A stretch of DNA of 64,000 nucleotides. Origin: Verrucomicrobiia bacterium (GTDB lineage: Bacteria; Verrucomicrobiota; Verrucomicrobiia; Palsa-1439). The translations under genes and the position numbers were made by a program. The notes under the pieces are model-generated. The model searched no databases, was not told the origin of the DNA, and was given only the letters and a program-made list of their open reading frames with translations. This document shows, piece after piece, positions 19,409 to 28,982 of this stretch. Location of the stretch: contig JBEKBH010000015.1 of the NCBI GenBank assembly GCA_050015495.1, positions 16,942 through 80,941 on the forward strand, in the 5' to 3' direction. Each line of letters begins with the position of its first letter. Within the stretch, counting starts at the first letter, position 1.

Positions 19409-20313
19409 GCCTTCTCATCACCGGTTCGGTGGCGCTGGACAGCGTGAAGACGCCGATCGAGGAACATCACGATTTGCTGGGCGGTTCGGCGAGCTACGCC
19501 TCGGTCGCCGCGAGCTTTTTTGCGCCGGTCAACATGGTCGCCATCGTCGGCACCGACTTTCCGAAAAAGTATATCGAGTTGTACCGCGCCCACGGGATCA
19601 ATCTCGACGGGTTGCAGGTGGCGGATGGCCGGACGTTTCGGTGGAGCGGCGAATACGAATGGGACCTCAACAAGCGGCGGACCTTGTCGGTCTGCTTGAA
19701 TGTGTTCGAAACGTTCCAGCCAACACTACCCGACGCGTACAAGGGGACGCCCTACGTGTTCCTCGCCAACATCTCGCCGCAACTCCAGATGCACGTGCTC
19801 GCGCAGGTCGCCGGGCCGAAGTTCGTCGTGGCCGATACGATGGATCTGTGGATCGAGACGCAACGCGACGCGCTCGTCGAGTTATTGCGCCACATCGATT
19901 GTCTCGTGCTCAATGAAGGCGAGGCGCGCGAGTTTACGAAACAGACCAACCTCATCAAAGCCGGGCGGCTCATCCTGAAACAGGGCCCGAGATTCGTGGT
20001 CATCAAGAAGGGCGAACACGGTTGCCTGCTGTTCGGGAACGACCTGTTCTTCAGCGCGCCCGCTTATCCGCTCGAGGACATCCACGATCCCACCGGCGCG
20101 GGCGACTGTTTTGCCGGCGCGTTTACGGGGTATCTCGCGCGCACCAACCGCATCGACCACAATTCGCTGCGCAACGCCGTCATTTACGGCAGCGTGATCG
20201 CCTCGTATTGCGTCGAGGATTTCAGTCTCACCCGGCTCCAGTCACTCACCCAACCGGAAATCAAAGAGCGCTACGATCTGTTCAAGGTAATGAGCCATTT
20301 CGACATGGCGTGA
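19405..20313 (+). CDS. PfkB family carbohydrate/nucleoside kinase
   Basis: GGSASY and DPTGAGDCFAG motifs. Confidence 0.92.
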   Translation: MSLLITGSVALDSVKTPIEEHHDLLGGSASYASVAASFFAPVNMVAIVGTDFPKKYIELYRAHGINLDGLQVADGRTFRWSGEYEWDLNKRRTLSVCLNVFETFQPTLPDAYKGTPYVFLANISPQLQMHVLAQVAGPKFVVADTMDLWIETQRDALVELLRHIDCLVLNEGEAREFTKQTNLIKAGRLILKQGPRFVVIKKGEHGCLLFGNDLFFSAPAYPLEDIHDPTGAGDCFAGAFTGYLARTNRIDHNSLRNAVIYGSVIASYCVEDFSLTRLQSLTQPEIKERYDLFKVMSHFDMA

Positions 20314-20591
20314 TCGCGTTCCCGCGAGAGGGGGGCGGCGATGGCGGGCTTGGATGGAACGCGCCGGACACGACCAAAACAGCCGTAAATGCCTGCCTTG
20401 CAAGCCACGACTTACAAGGGGCCGGTCGATGGGTGCGTAATTCGTGATCTTGGCCGGATTCTACTTGCCGAGAACGGAGCGGTGTGATATCTATAGCGCA
20501 TTGGTGGCGATGTAGAGTCTCGGTTTGGGTCACACACCCTGTGCCGATTCACGGCGAGTAAAATAAGCGGAAAAATCGCTAGGGGTGTATC

Positions 20592-21314
20592 GTGGAGACA
20601 TTTGCTTTTCAAGGGCGGGGTGGCTACCGGGGAGTTTCTCATCTTGGTTCAGGGCGATATCTTCTAATCATTTGCGCGGCGGTCGCGCTTGCCGTCGCCT
20701 ACGGCCCTGTCACCCGGGCGCAAACGTTTGGGCCGTCCTACAGTTTGACAAGCCTGACGAATGGCGGGACCATTCTGGTTGGCGACAAGCTCTTTTCTAA
20801 TTTCTTCACCGCTGGCGATCCGTTCGCCAATAATATCACCGTGACGGCACTTATATCGGACGGCAACTTTGGCCTTCAGTTCGGCGGTGGATTTGCGGCC
20901 AATAACAATGAGATGGATTTTCGGATTGGTTATATGGTCAACGTAACGAACTCGAACAATCTGATTTCCGGGGCGGATCTGTCCTTCAATGGAGTGACGC
21001 TGGGCAGTGGTTCAGCTCTGGCCGAAGTCACTGAGGATGTGGACACCAACATGGACGTCAATGTCCCCTACGGACAGATGTCCGTCTTCGTCACCCCAGC
21101 ATCGCAAGTGTTGTCAACGAATATGCCGATTAACCCGCCTCAGGCATATCTGAATCTCGAGAAAGACGTGCTCGTTGACTCGTTTACCATAACGGCTTTT
21201 TCGACCATTTCGACGATCAATCAGGACTACATGCAGATCCCCGAGCCGAGCACGATCGCTTTGGCGGCCGCAGGACTCACCGGGCTTCTTCTACTCCGCC
21301 GCCGCGAGCATTGA
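20592..21314 (+). CDS. PEP-CTERM sorting domain protein
   Basis: Signal peptide; C-terminal IPEPSTIALAAAGLTGLLLLRRR. Confidence 0.9.
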   Translation: METFAFQGRGGYRGVSHLGSGRYLLIICAAVALAVAYGPVTRAQTFGPSYSLTSLTNGGTILVGDKLFSNFFTAGDPFANNITVTALISDGNFGLQFGGGFAANNNEMDFRIGYMVNVTNSNNLISGADLSFNGVTLGSGSALAEVTEDVDTNMDVNVPYGQMSVFVTPASQVLSTNMPINPPQAYLNLEKDVLVDSFTITAFSTISTINQDYMQIPEPSTIALAAAGLTGLLLLRRREH

Positions 21315-21395
21315 CACGACCATTTGGGTCAATAGTCGTCGGTCCCGGAGCAATTCAACCTCCAGGCGGTCTGCTTCCGTCGAATCAATCGACGT

Positions 21396-21623
21396 TCAGA
21401 AGCCGGCGCGCTCAATTTCGCTTTCGCCGAAGAGGATGTCTTTGGCCTGATCGTATTCGCCTTCGGGGATGACGACGCGGGTGTCGCGGGCGAGGTCGTC
21501 GAGGTTCGGCGTGGCGGCCTTCTCTTCCATGGCGGGATGGAGCCCCCACTTCTCCAGGATCAGCACGACCATCTCGGACTTGATCGCCTGGCCCTCAAAG
21601 ATGGTCTTCAGGCTCATCGCCAT
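21396..21623 (-). CDS. Small hypothetical protein (DUF2007-like)
   Basis: Overlaps the upstream gene end; RVVIPEGEYDQAKDIL pattern. Confidence 0.65.
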   Translation of the reverse strand: MAMSLKTIFEGQAIKSEMVVLILEKWGLHPAMEEKAATPNLDDLARDTRVVIPEGEYDQAKDILFGESEIERAGF

Positions 21624-22113
21624 CGTCCAGTTCCACGAACAGGTGCAGGAGGTAGCCCAGCAGGTGAATGCGCAATGCCGCCATGTGCTTAGCGCTTTGC
21701 GGGTCGAAATCCGTTCGATTCATGTCCACTTCGTCGATCTTGTGAACTTCCCCGAGGATCAACCGCGCTTGGTTGAGGGCGTTCATCCACGCCGCCACGT
21801 GCTCGACGGGAAACGCCACCTGCCAGGCATCGCCGTTTTTCTTGTCCGCCGTCAACGCGGTCAGGTCCCGCGCCACGGTTTCACCGGCGGAGACGAACAA
21901 ATGGCGCAGTTCCGGCCGGGTCATTTGATGCCATTCCCGGTTGATCTTGTCGTTGCCGTTGGTCGGATTGGGGTAGAGCCGGGCGCGCGCGTCGGGCGAA
22001 TCACGGAGTTCGAGGATTTCGGGCAGCTCGCGCAGCATGGCCACCAGGACGGATGGGATGCCGCTGATCAGGATCCGCTTTTCATCGAGCGGTTGGACGG
22101 TCAGGTCGATCAC
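21595..22113 (-). CDS. DUF2017-like protein downstream of clpS
   Basis: RLYP and AWMNALNQARL motifs; GTGA overlap with the clpS stop. Confidence 0.8.
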   Translation of the reverse strand: MIDLTVQPLDEKRILISGIPSVLVAMLRELPEILELRDSPDARARLYPNPTNGNDKINREWHQMTRPELRHLFVSAGETVARDLTALTADKKNGDAWQVAFPVEHVAAWMNALNQARLILGEVHKIDEVDMNRTDFDPQSAKHMAALRIHLLGYLLHLFVELDDGDEPEDHL

Positions 22114-22418
22114 GCCGCTGATTTTTCCATGGTGGCCAGCAATTGATAGCTGTGAAGTTGGTGGACGTAATGCTCGGCCCGTTCGCGGCCGCCCGACCAC
22201 ACCAGCGACCGGCCCTGGTTGTGCACTTCCATCATCAACGTTTCCGCCCGGGGCCGCGGATATCCGAACACCCGCATGAACACCATCGTCACGTAGCTCA
22301 TCAGGTTGATCGGGTCGTTGTGGACGATCACGTTCCACGGTGAGGACAGTTCGTCTTTCGCCTCGGTCTCCCCGATGATGATGACGCCCGGTTGCCCCGT
22401 TTCGGTCGGTGGTGCCAT
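22110..22418 (-). CDS. clpS: Clp protease adaptor ClpS
   Basis: WNVIVHNDPINLMSYV and MMEVHNQGRS motifs. Confidence 0.92.
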   Translation of the reverse strand: MAPPTETGQPGVIIIGETEAKDELSSPWNVIVHNDPINLMSYVTMVFMRVFGYPRPRAETLMMEVHNQGRSLVWSGGRERAEHYVHQLHSYQLLATMEKSAA

Positions 22419-22503
22419 ACGTCCGTACCATACCAAACCCGGGCGGGTTTACCAACTTTGGCTTGATTTGGACGGCGAAACGGCGAGAATGAAGCAGTCT
22501 CGT

Positions 22504-22577
22504 GCGGGCGTAGCATAGTGGTAATGCACCGGCTTCCCAAGCCGGCGAGGTGGGTTCGATTCCCATCGCCCGCTCCA
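22504..22577 (+). tRNA. tRNA-Gly(CCC)
   Basis: GCGGGCG/CGCCCGC acceptor stem, ccggc-TTCCCAA-gccgg anticodon arm, GGTTCGATTCC T-arm, encoded CCA. Confidence 0.97.
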
Positions 22578-22885
22578 AATCCTCCTTGCTCTGCAATCAG
22601 GACTGGCGGTTTGTAAGGGGTAAGAGGATGGGGGGCAGGTAGGCTGGAACAGCCAGAAGAAGGCTTTGACCTTCAACGCCCCATGGTCAAATCTGCTGAA
22701 CCGTAGATGTTGGATTTCGATAATCAACGGCGTCATCCTGTCGTCATTCCAGTTTGTGCACGCCATATTGTCAGTGCTTTGAGCATGTTGACTCTTTTGA
22801 GAACTCCTTCTGAACCAGCGGGTTGAGGCGGATTTTCACAGAGCGGCATGATTGTTGCAGGGCTTCTTCTTTGGAGAATGAATGT

Positions 22886-23092
22886 ATGACCAGCGACACA
22901 ATCAGACGTCAAAGATGTTTTCCAGATTCGGAAGGATGTCGGACCAGGTACTTGGGGCAATCTCTCGGTTTGCCCCAGCAATGCCCTGAGGAGCCACACT
23001 GGGCAAGCATGTTGGTCGTTCCATTGGTCATTTCGGCTGATGCCCTGACCGTCGTTCTCCTGCTGCTGGCGATAGTTCATTGGCTTAAATGA
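22886..23092 (+). CDS. Possible small protein with C-terminal TM helix
   Basis: GGAG upstream and a hydrophobic C-terminus; competes with an antisense ORF. Confidence 0.35.
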   Translation: MTSDTIRRQRCFPDSEGCRTRYLGQSLGLPQQCPEEPHWASMLVVPLVISADALTVVLLLLAIVHWLK

Positions 23093-23269
23093 CGCAAGTT
23101 TTTGGCGACGGCCCCACTGCCATTATTTGAGGTGGGTGAGTGCCGGGGGGATGGTCTTTCGGGGGCGAGGATGGGGGAGAGATCAGGCGGCGAGAACTGG
23201 CAGGAGAAACGAAAAGGAGAGCCGAGTTTCCGAATGACACCGGTCAATTCTGGCAACTTGCACATTGCC

Positions 23270-23367
23270 CCCGACCCTCCGCTGCACCGTAAGCCCAATC
23301 GCAGGAATAGCAACCGATAGTTTCGTGGGGCGGTTTCAAGGGGAAGTGGCAACGGGATGCGGGCGGG
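23270..23367 (-). repeat. Intergenic module copy A
   Basis: Core ggaatagcaaccgat; ungapped 49-bp alignment with copies B and C. Confidence 0.8.
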
Positions 23368-23399
23368 TGGATACGGCGCGGGCGTACACCGATCTGCGA

Positions 23400-23639
23400 T
23401 TAGCGGTTCACTTTGGCGGAACGCGCTGCCTGCTGCCTCTGAGCAATCTTGATGCTGGCTGTCCTCATCATCGCTTCCAATCCCGCAATCTCCCTCGCGG
23501 CCTCACGTTTGTCAGTTCCCTGGGGCAACTGGCTTATAGATCGTTTCAAGAGCGACAGAATACGGCTCGAACGCCTGAGTCTCTTCATCGCATCAAGGGT
23601 CTTTTGCACGGGCAGACGGTAACGCACAAACTGCGGCAT
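23400..23639 (-). CDS. Small basic helical hypothetical protein
   Basis: 79-aa ORF bounded by repeat modules. Confidence 0.5.
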   Translation of the reverse strand: MPQFVRYRLPVQKTLDAMKRLRRSSRILSLLKRSISQLPQGTDKREAAREIAGLEAMMRTASIKIAQRQQAARSAKVNR

Positions 23640-23655
23640 TTCAATGGTTCGGATC

Positions 23656-23683
23656 GGGGAACTGGCCGCGGGATGCGGGCGGG
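23656..23683 (-). repeat. Partial intergenic module (G-rich half)
   Basis: 25/28 identical to 23340-23367. Confidence 0.7.
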
Positions 23684-23746
23684 GAGGCGGGGGCTGGATT
23701 CGGCACGACTTGCCACAGGGGGAATGCTAGTCGTTGCGTATCTCAA

Positions 23747-23941
23747 TCATTTCTTGCACTTCTTGTATCTTAATGCAGCACCTACAATAGCACCCACGGC
23801 TGTTCCAATGGCAATACCCATTGCTACGTTGTGCATGGCGGCTCCCATTCCTGCTCCAAGGGCAACGCCCACGCCGATGCCCAAGCCCATTGGCTGTCCG
23901 GACGAACATTTTGCATCCTTCTTATTCGGTTCTGGTTCCAT
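23747..23941 (-). CDS. Small glycine-zipper membrane protein
   Basis: GLGIGVGVALGAGMGAA...GIAIGTAVGAIVGAA followed by a basic tail. Confidence 0.75.
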   Translation of the reverse strand: MEPEPNKKDAKCSSGQPMGLGIGVGVALGAGMGAAMHNVAMGIAIGTAVGAIVGAALRYKKCKK

Positions 23942-23990
23942 AAATTGACGATGCCCTTGATGCTGCCTAATTGCTTCAACCTCACCCGCC

Positions 23991-24076
23991 CTTGACTCTC
24001 CACGGCATCGTAAACCCGGCTACGGGAATAGCAACCGATTTTGGTGGTAGTATGGCGGCGAGGAGGCAATGGCGGG
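23991..24076 (-). repeat. Intergenic module copy B
   Basis: cttgactctccacggcatcgtaaacccggctacgggaatagcaaccgat followed by gtatggcggc. Confidence 0.8.
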
Positions 24077-24165
24077 ACTACGGCGGTGGGAAGCGGTCGG
24101 GCGGCTGAGGCTTTTCCTGATTGCTTTTGGGCAGGAAAGTAGTATTCTCGGGAGCCGAGGTCAGT

Positions 24166-24423
24166 ATGCCCGACATCTTCTTCAAATGCGGGTCGTGCGG
24201 GAAACATCTTGTGGCTGATGACGCCGGAGCGGGGCAGACGATCAACTGCCCTGACTGTGATGCTGTCCTGGCCGTTCCCGAGAACGTCTTCGTTCGGGAA
24301 TGTCTGCTGTGCAAGACGAGCGTACAATTCTCTGATGACATGAAGGGCGAGATTATCTCCTGTCCTTTTTGCCAAAAGAGATTCTCTCTTTCCGGCGGAG
24401 AACCGGTCAATCTGGCCCGTTAG
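24166..24423 (+). CDS. Double zinc-ribbon protein
   Basis: Four CxxC pairs (CGSC, CPDC, CLLC, CPFC); GAGG RBS. Confidence 0.75.
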   Translation: MPDIFFKCGSCGKHLVADDAGAGQTINCPDCDAVLAVPENVFVRECLLCKTSVQFSDDMKGEIISCPFCQKRFSLSGGEPVNLAR

Positions 24424-24595
24424 GCTGCTCCGCCAGCTTGTTTGCGGCGATGCCCCGATGAACTCTGTCGATGTTGCTTGCCCTGCCGTTTGATGGCGGC
24501 AGAGTATGAGCCACAGTTGAACTCTGCATCCCTCGAAATCAAGTCGATGTTGGCAAGGGCGGCGGGACTTGTTAGGCAGCAAACCTCGTCACAAC

Positions 24596-24865
24596 TCAAT
24601 GTCCTCCAAACAATGAAAGCAACGTCGGGACGGCTGCACACAGCCACACGAACGCAAGTAAGCAAAATGCTGGTGTCAGTGAACGGCTGCGACTGCGGAA
24701 AGAGTCTGGATGAAAACAAAAACTGGTGGTGAACAAGATGGCCGCGCTGACTGAAAGCACTGGAAGGCTGCAAGACGACGTGACGCAGAGAAAGAAAACC
24801 AACATGACTGCCGAGAGAACATACAGCTTTGCTGACTCTATCTTTGGGGCTTCGGTTGCCCTCAT
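24596..24865 (-). CDS. Possible small membrane protein
   Basis: About three hydrophobic segments; no family recognised. Confidence 0.4.
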   Translation of the reverse strand: MRATEAPKIESAKLYVLSAVMLVFFLCVTSSCSLPVLSVSAAILFTTSFCFHPDSFRSRSRSLTPAFCLLAFVWLCAAVPTLLSLFGGH

Positions 24866-24940
24866 GACGTCCCAAACCTGAACCCGCCACGCCCGAAAAT
24901 CAAGGCAAGACGGCGGGGGGCAATGGCGGCGACAGCCGGG

Positions 24941-25129
24941 TCAACGGTTGGGGCGTTGTCCTAATTCCAGAATTTGGTCTTCTTGCTCTCCGTGCTGGTG
25001 TGCAGGCGACTTAGATTTCAGTAGTTGCACTATTGCCCCCGTGTTCTTTGCTATGTACAGGGCGGCGATAGCGATTATGCCCTGCACCATTAAAAACAGG
25101 GCTCCCGCGGTGAGAATAATCAAATCCAT
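24941..25129 (-). CDS. Small single-TM protein
   Basis: GGAAGG RBS; hydrophobic N-terminus and polar tail. Confidence 0.6.
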   Translation of the reverse strand: MDLIILTAGALFLMVQGIIAIAALYIAKNTGAIVQLLKSKSPAHQHGEQEDQILELGQRPNR

Positions 25130-25341
25130 GAATGCAGACCTTCCTTTCGCTTCGAGCGACTTTTCATTCCTATTTTATGTCTCGCCATCAGGAATGCAAC
25201 AGCCTGCAGAATCGGCAGGACAATTGCAGCTGGATGGCGGCAGAAAGGAGAGTCGAGGCTCTTCTCTCGTTTTTGAACCCACGAGCCGCTCCCAAGGGTG
25301 GGTATTTCTCCCTGAAACAATCTTGCTTGACGAGAGGGTCG

Positions 25342-25445
25342 CTCAACTCTCCACGGCAATGTAGGTCTGATCGCAGGAATAGCAACCGATAGTTTTGCGG
25401 CGTATGGCGGCAACGGCGGCAGAACTGGCAGGGAACAGCGGCGGG
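25342..25445 (-). repeat. Intergenic module copy C
   Basis: ctcaactctccacggcaatgtaggtctgatcgcaggaatagcaaccgatagttt followed by gtatggcggc and agaactggcagg. Confidence 0.8.
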
Positions 25446-25452
25446 CCAGCCG

Positions 25453-25701
25453 TTAATGCTTCGGTCTCTGGGATTGCCCATGACCCCAGCGTATCGCGCC
25501 ATAATTGGCACTGTATTGCTTCGCGTTGAATGGACGACGTTTTGACCCCTTGCCTGCCTGTCTATTCTCCGCCTTGCCTGCTGGTTTGGTCTCCGTCCCA
25601 TCAACTGGTTTGGTCTCGGCGCTAGCTGCCTGTTTGTTCTCCGCCTTGGCAACCGGTTTGATCTCTGTCTTGCCTGCGGGTTTGATCTCGGCGTCACTCA
25701 T
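25453..25701 (-). CDS. Small protein with six octapeptide repeats (A/T)ExKPxxK
   Basis: GGAGG RBS; 24-bp tandem repeats at 25549-25692. Confidence 0.65.
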   Translation of the reverse strand: MSDAEIKPAGKTEIKPVAKAENKQAASAETKPVDGTETKPAGKAENRQAGKGSKRRPFNAKQYSANYGAIRWGHGQSQRPKH

Positions 25702-26070
25702 GGTCTGCCTCCGGGCTAATCTTAACCTACAATCGGCTGATTGTCCCGACCGGTGATTCGCTCCGCCTTGGCTTTCTCCGGGATACTCAGTTTCGGCCTC
25801 ACTGCCCAACGCCGGGTCGGTCGGGCCGACTGCCTGTCGCACATCGATTCACCCGGACAACTTCGATGCAGGGAGTGACGTGGCTACCCTTTTATCCCCT
25901 TCCAAGACGGGAGGACGGCCAAGAATCGGTGGTTTGATTCGGCTTGAACTGCCGCCGCATCATGCATACAAACTGTGACCATCACCCCGTTTGGGGCCGG
26001 CTCCTCTGGCCCACGTGACTCTCTTTGTCGCCCGGGTTGCTGTGCCGGGTGAGGAACAGCGGGCGGAATC

Positions 26071-27582
26071 ATGATCTATCCGTTTTGGGACGAGCCGGTC
26101 GGTTATGGGATCTTGATGGCGATCATCGCCGTCCTGCACGTGTTCGTGTCGCATTTCGCCATCGGGGGCGGGTTGTACCTGGTCGTCACCGAACGCCGGG
26201 CGACAAAGGCCGGTGACCAGGCGACCCTCGAATTCCTGCAGCGACTGAGCCGGTTCTTTGTCCTGATCACATTGGTTTTCGGCGCGTTGAGCGGCGTGGG
26301 GATTTGGTTTGTCATCGGTCTGCTGAACCCGGCCGCCACCGAGGCGCTGATCCACAACTTCGTCTGGGGCTGGGCCATCGAGTGGACGTTCTTCGTCGTC
26401 GAGATCACCGCCGCGATCGTCTATTACTACGGGTGGAACAAACTGGCGGCGCGCGAACACCAAATCGTCGGCTGGATCTATTTCCTCTTCGCCTGGCTAT
26501 CGCTGGTCGTCATCAACGGCATCATCACGTTCATGTTGACGCCCGGCCGATGGCTGCAGACCGGGAATTTCTGGGACGGTTTCTTTAATCCGACCTATTG
26601 GCCGTCCCTGGTGATGCGCACGGGCGTATCGCTGATGCTCGCCGGCCTGTATGCGCTGCTCGTGGCGGCGCGGTATCCCGCCAGCGATTTCAAGGCGCGC
26701 ACGGTCCGCTACACGGCGACGTGGGGCATCGTCGGCCTCGCCGTAACCGCGCTGTCGCAATGGTGGTATTGGAAAGCCATCCCTGCGGCGATCACCACCA
26801 AGGCGGAACAGATCATGGCGACCCCGATGCACGCGATACAATATTCGATCTGGCTGGCTGCCGCCATCGGCGTGCTGTTGGTGGTGTTCGGGTGGCTGGC
26901 GGCGCGACGGCTGCCGATGGCGGTTGCGGCGGGATTGATGGCGCTCGGGCTGGCTTGGTTTGGCGCGTTCGAATCATTCCGTGAATCTGTCCGCAAACCC
27001 TACATCATCACCGGCTACATCTATGGCAACGGGGCGGAGGTGGCCCGCGCCGGGGCCTACACGAACGGCGGGTTCCTCGCCCAAATCCAGTACCCGACCG
27101 GCGATGACGGGGCGGATTTGTTCCGACATTCGTGCCGAAGCTGTCACACACTTACCGGGTACAAGGCGCTGAAACCGGCGTTCGACGGCACGGACCGCGC
27201 CTTCATCGCGGCGATCGTTCGTTCGACAAACTTGCTCAGGGGCAACATGCCGCCGTTCCTCGGCACGGGAGCCGAGGCCGACAAGATTGCGGATTACCTT
27301 TACCGGCGGATCGACCAGCGGCCTCTCGATCAGGTGTATGGTTTACAGGGCGAGGCGCTCGGTCGGAAGGCGTATGACATCCGCTGCGGTAAGTGCCACA
27401 TTCTCGGCGGGGTTAGCGACAAATCGAAGTCGTTCGCCGGGCAGGGCCCGGACGAACTCAACACCATGCTCGATATGAGCGCCGACCTCGGCAAGGGGAT
27501 GCCGGCCTACACGGGCAGCGGCGCGGAACGAGCCGCGCTGGTCTCCTACCTTCAGGAACTGGGCAAACAGGTCAAACGATGA
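26071..27582 (+). CDS. Cytochrome bd subunit I-like membrane protein fused to two c-type heme domains
   Basis: HVFVSHFAIGGG, WAIEWTFF, INGIITFMLTPG and RESVRKPY motifs; CRSCH and CGKCH. Confidence 0.85.
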   Translation: MIYPFWDEPVGYGILMAIIAVLHVFVSHFAIGGGLYLVVTERRATKAGDQATLEFLQRLSRFFVLITLVFGALSGVGIWFVIGLLNPAATEALIHNFVWGWAIEWTFFVVEITAAIVYYYGWNKLAAREHQIVGWIYFLFAWLSLVVINGIITFMLTPGRWLQTGNFWDGFFNPTYWPSLVMRTGVSLMLAGLYALLVAARYPASDFKARTVRYTATWGIVGLAVTALSQWWYWKAIPAAITTKAEQIMATPMHAIQYSIWLAAAIGVLLVVFGWLAARRLPMAVAAGLMALGLAWFGAFESFRESVRKPYIITGYIYGNGAEVARAGAYTNGGFLAQIQYPTGDDGADLFRHSCRSCHTLTGYKALKPAFDGTDRAFIAAIVRSTNLLRGNMPPFLGTGAEADKIADYLYRRIDQRPLDQVYGLQGEALGRKAYDIRCGKCHILGGVSDKSKSFAGQGPDELNTMLDMSADLGKGMPAYTGSGAERAALVSYLQELGKQVKR

Positions 27583-28604
27583 ACCTCCCCGATTACGAAT
27601 TTCTTTCCGCCCCGCTTTGGCTGATCACGGTCCTGCATCTGCTGACGCTGACACTGCACTTCGTCGCGATGAACTTTCTGTTCGGCGGCGTCATCATCAC
27701 GCTCTACGCCGCCGTCCGGCGACGCTGGGACGATCCGACGCTGGCCAAGTTTGCGCGGATGTTCCCCAGCGCGATGGCGGCGACGGTTACACTCGGCGTG
27801 GCGCCATTGCTGTTCCTGCAAATGGTTTATCCCAAGCAGATGTACGCGGCGGCGATTGTGAGCGGCTGGTTCTGGCTGTTGATCATCGCCGTGGCCATCG
27901 TCGCCTATTATGCGCTGTACCGCTCGGCGTTAACGGCCGAGCGCACGGGACGGATCAGCAAATCGGCCCTCGCGCTGGCGTTGCTCGGGCTGGTCTACAT
28001 CTCCGTCACATACAGTTCCGTGTTCTCGATGGCGGAACGGCCGGGCCAGATTCACAGCCTGTACGCGCAGGATCAATCGGGCTGGATGTGGAACCCCGCA
28101 GCGGGCGACTACGTCCTGCGCTGGCTGCATATGATGCTCGGCGCGGTCACCGTCGGCGGGTTCTTCGTGGGCCTGATTGGACGCGATCAGCCGGAGGCGT
28201 TTGCCCTGGGCAAACAATTCTTTGTTGGCGGCATGGTGCTGGCGATGTTGGCCGGGATGGCCTACCTGCTATCGTTGCTGCCGTATCTGGAGGCGTTCAT
28301 GCACACGCCGGCGATCTGGGGACTGACCGTGGGCGTGCTGCTCTCGTTCGGGTCCCTCCATTTCTTCTTCAAACGGAGATTCTGCGAGTCGGGCCTGATG
28401 TTGTTCGTGTCGATGTTGACGATGGTCTATGCCCGGCACACCGTCCGGTTGTTGAAACTGGCGGGCCGGTTCGACCCCGTGTCCTGGCGCGTCGCCCCGC
28501 AATGGTCCGTGTTTATCCTGTTTCTGGTTTGCTTTGTCGTGATGCTGGCCGTCGTCGGCTACATGGTCCGATTGGTCTTCGCCGCGAAACGCCGCGCATC
28601 GTAG
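27579..28604 (+). CDS. Polytopic membrane partner, CydA'-like
   Basis: LHFVAMN, GVAPLLFLQ and RWLH motifs; ATGA overlap. Confidence 0.75.
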   Translation: MNLPDYEFLSAPLWLITVLHLLTLTLHFVAMNFLFGGVIITLYAAVRRRWDDPTLAKFARMFPSAMAATVTLGVAPLLFLQMVYPKQMYAAAIVSGWFWLLIIAVAIVAYYALYRSALTAERTGRISKSALALALLGLVYISVTYSSVFSMAERPGQIHSLYAQDQSGWMWNPAAGDYVLRWLHMMLGAVTVGGFFVGLIGRDQPEAFALGKQFFVGGMVLAMLAGMAYLLSLLPYLEAFMHTPAIWGLTVGVLLSFGSLHFFFKRRFCESGLMLFVSMLTMVYARHTVRLLKLAGRFDPVSWRVAPQWSVFILFLVCFVVMLAVVGYMVRLVFAAKRRAS

Positions 28605-28646
28605 CGCGGGTGGCGAAGGATTGCGGAGAAGGGACGGATGGACGCT

Positions 28647-28955
28647 CTACTCGGCGAGTTGGGCATGCACGAGTTCGCACAGCTTCACGGCCAGTTTGTC
28701 TTTCACGGCATAGTACACGCACTGCCCGTTTTTGCGGCGGGCCAGAACGCCGCCGGCGGCCAGCAACGCCAGATGCTTCGAAACATTGGCCTGGGTGGAC
28801 CCGACGGCCGCCACAATCTCGTTCACGCTGTGGGGTTCCTGGCAAACGGCCTGCAGAATCCGCAGTCGCATCGGCTCCCCCAACACCTTGAATCGGCTGG
28901 CAACCCGCTCCAGCTCCTCCGCGGTGAGAAGACGCGTGTGTTTTTCCTTTGACAT
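28647..28955 (-). CDS. ArsR/SmtB family repressor
   Basis: FKVLGEPMRLRIL, QANVSKHL and VYY motifs; three Cys. Confidence 0.92.
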   Translation of the reverse strand: MSKEKHTRLLTAEELERVASRFKVLGEPMRLRILQAVCQEPHSVNEIVAAVGSTQANVSKHLALLAAGGVLARRKNGQCVYYAVKDKLAVKLCELVHAQLAE

Positions 28956-28980
28956 ATAGCTATATGGTTATATAATTATA
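28953..28980. promoter_or_regulatory. Candidate ArsR operator
   Basis: Perfect palindromes CATATAGCTATATG (28953-28966) and TATAATTATA (28971-28980) in a 27-bp divergent gap. Confidence 0.7.
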
Positions 28981-28982
28981 GC

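Noticed and set aside
23270-25445. Repeats as a CRISPR array or integron attC sites
   Set aside because: Spacing is 0.7-1.35 kb with no cas genes; no consistent RYYYAAC...GTTRRRY inverted boxes and no intI.
22578-26070. Intact prophage or integrative element at tRNA-Gly
   Set aside because: No integrase or phage genes, and no duplicated tRNA 3' end found by eye.
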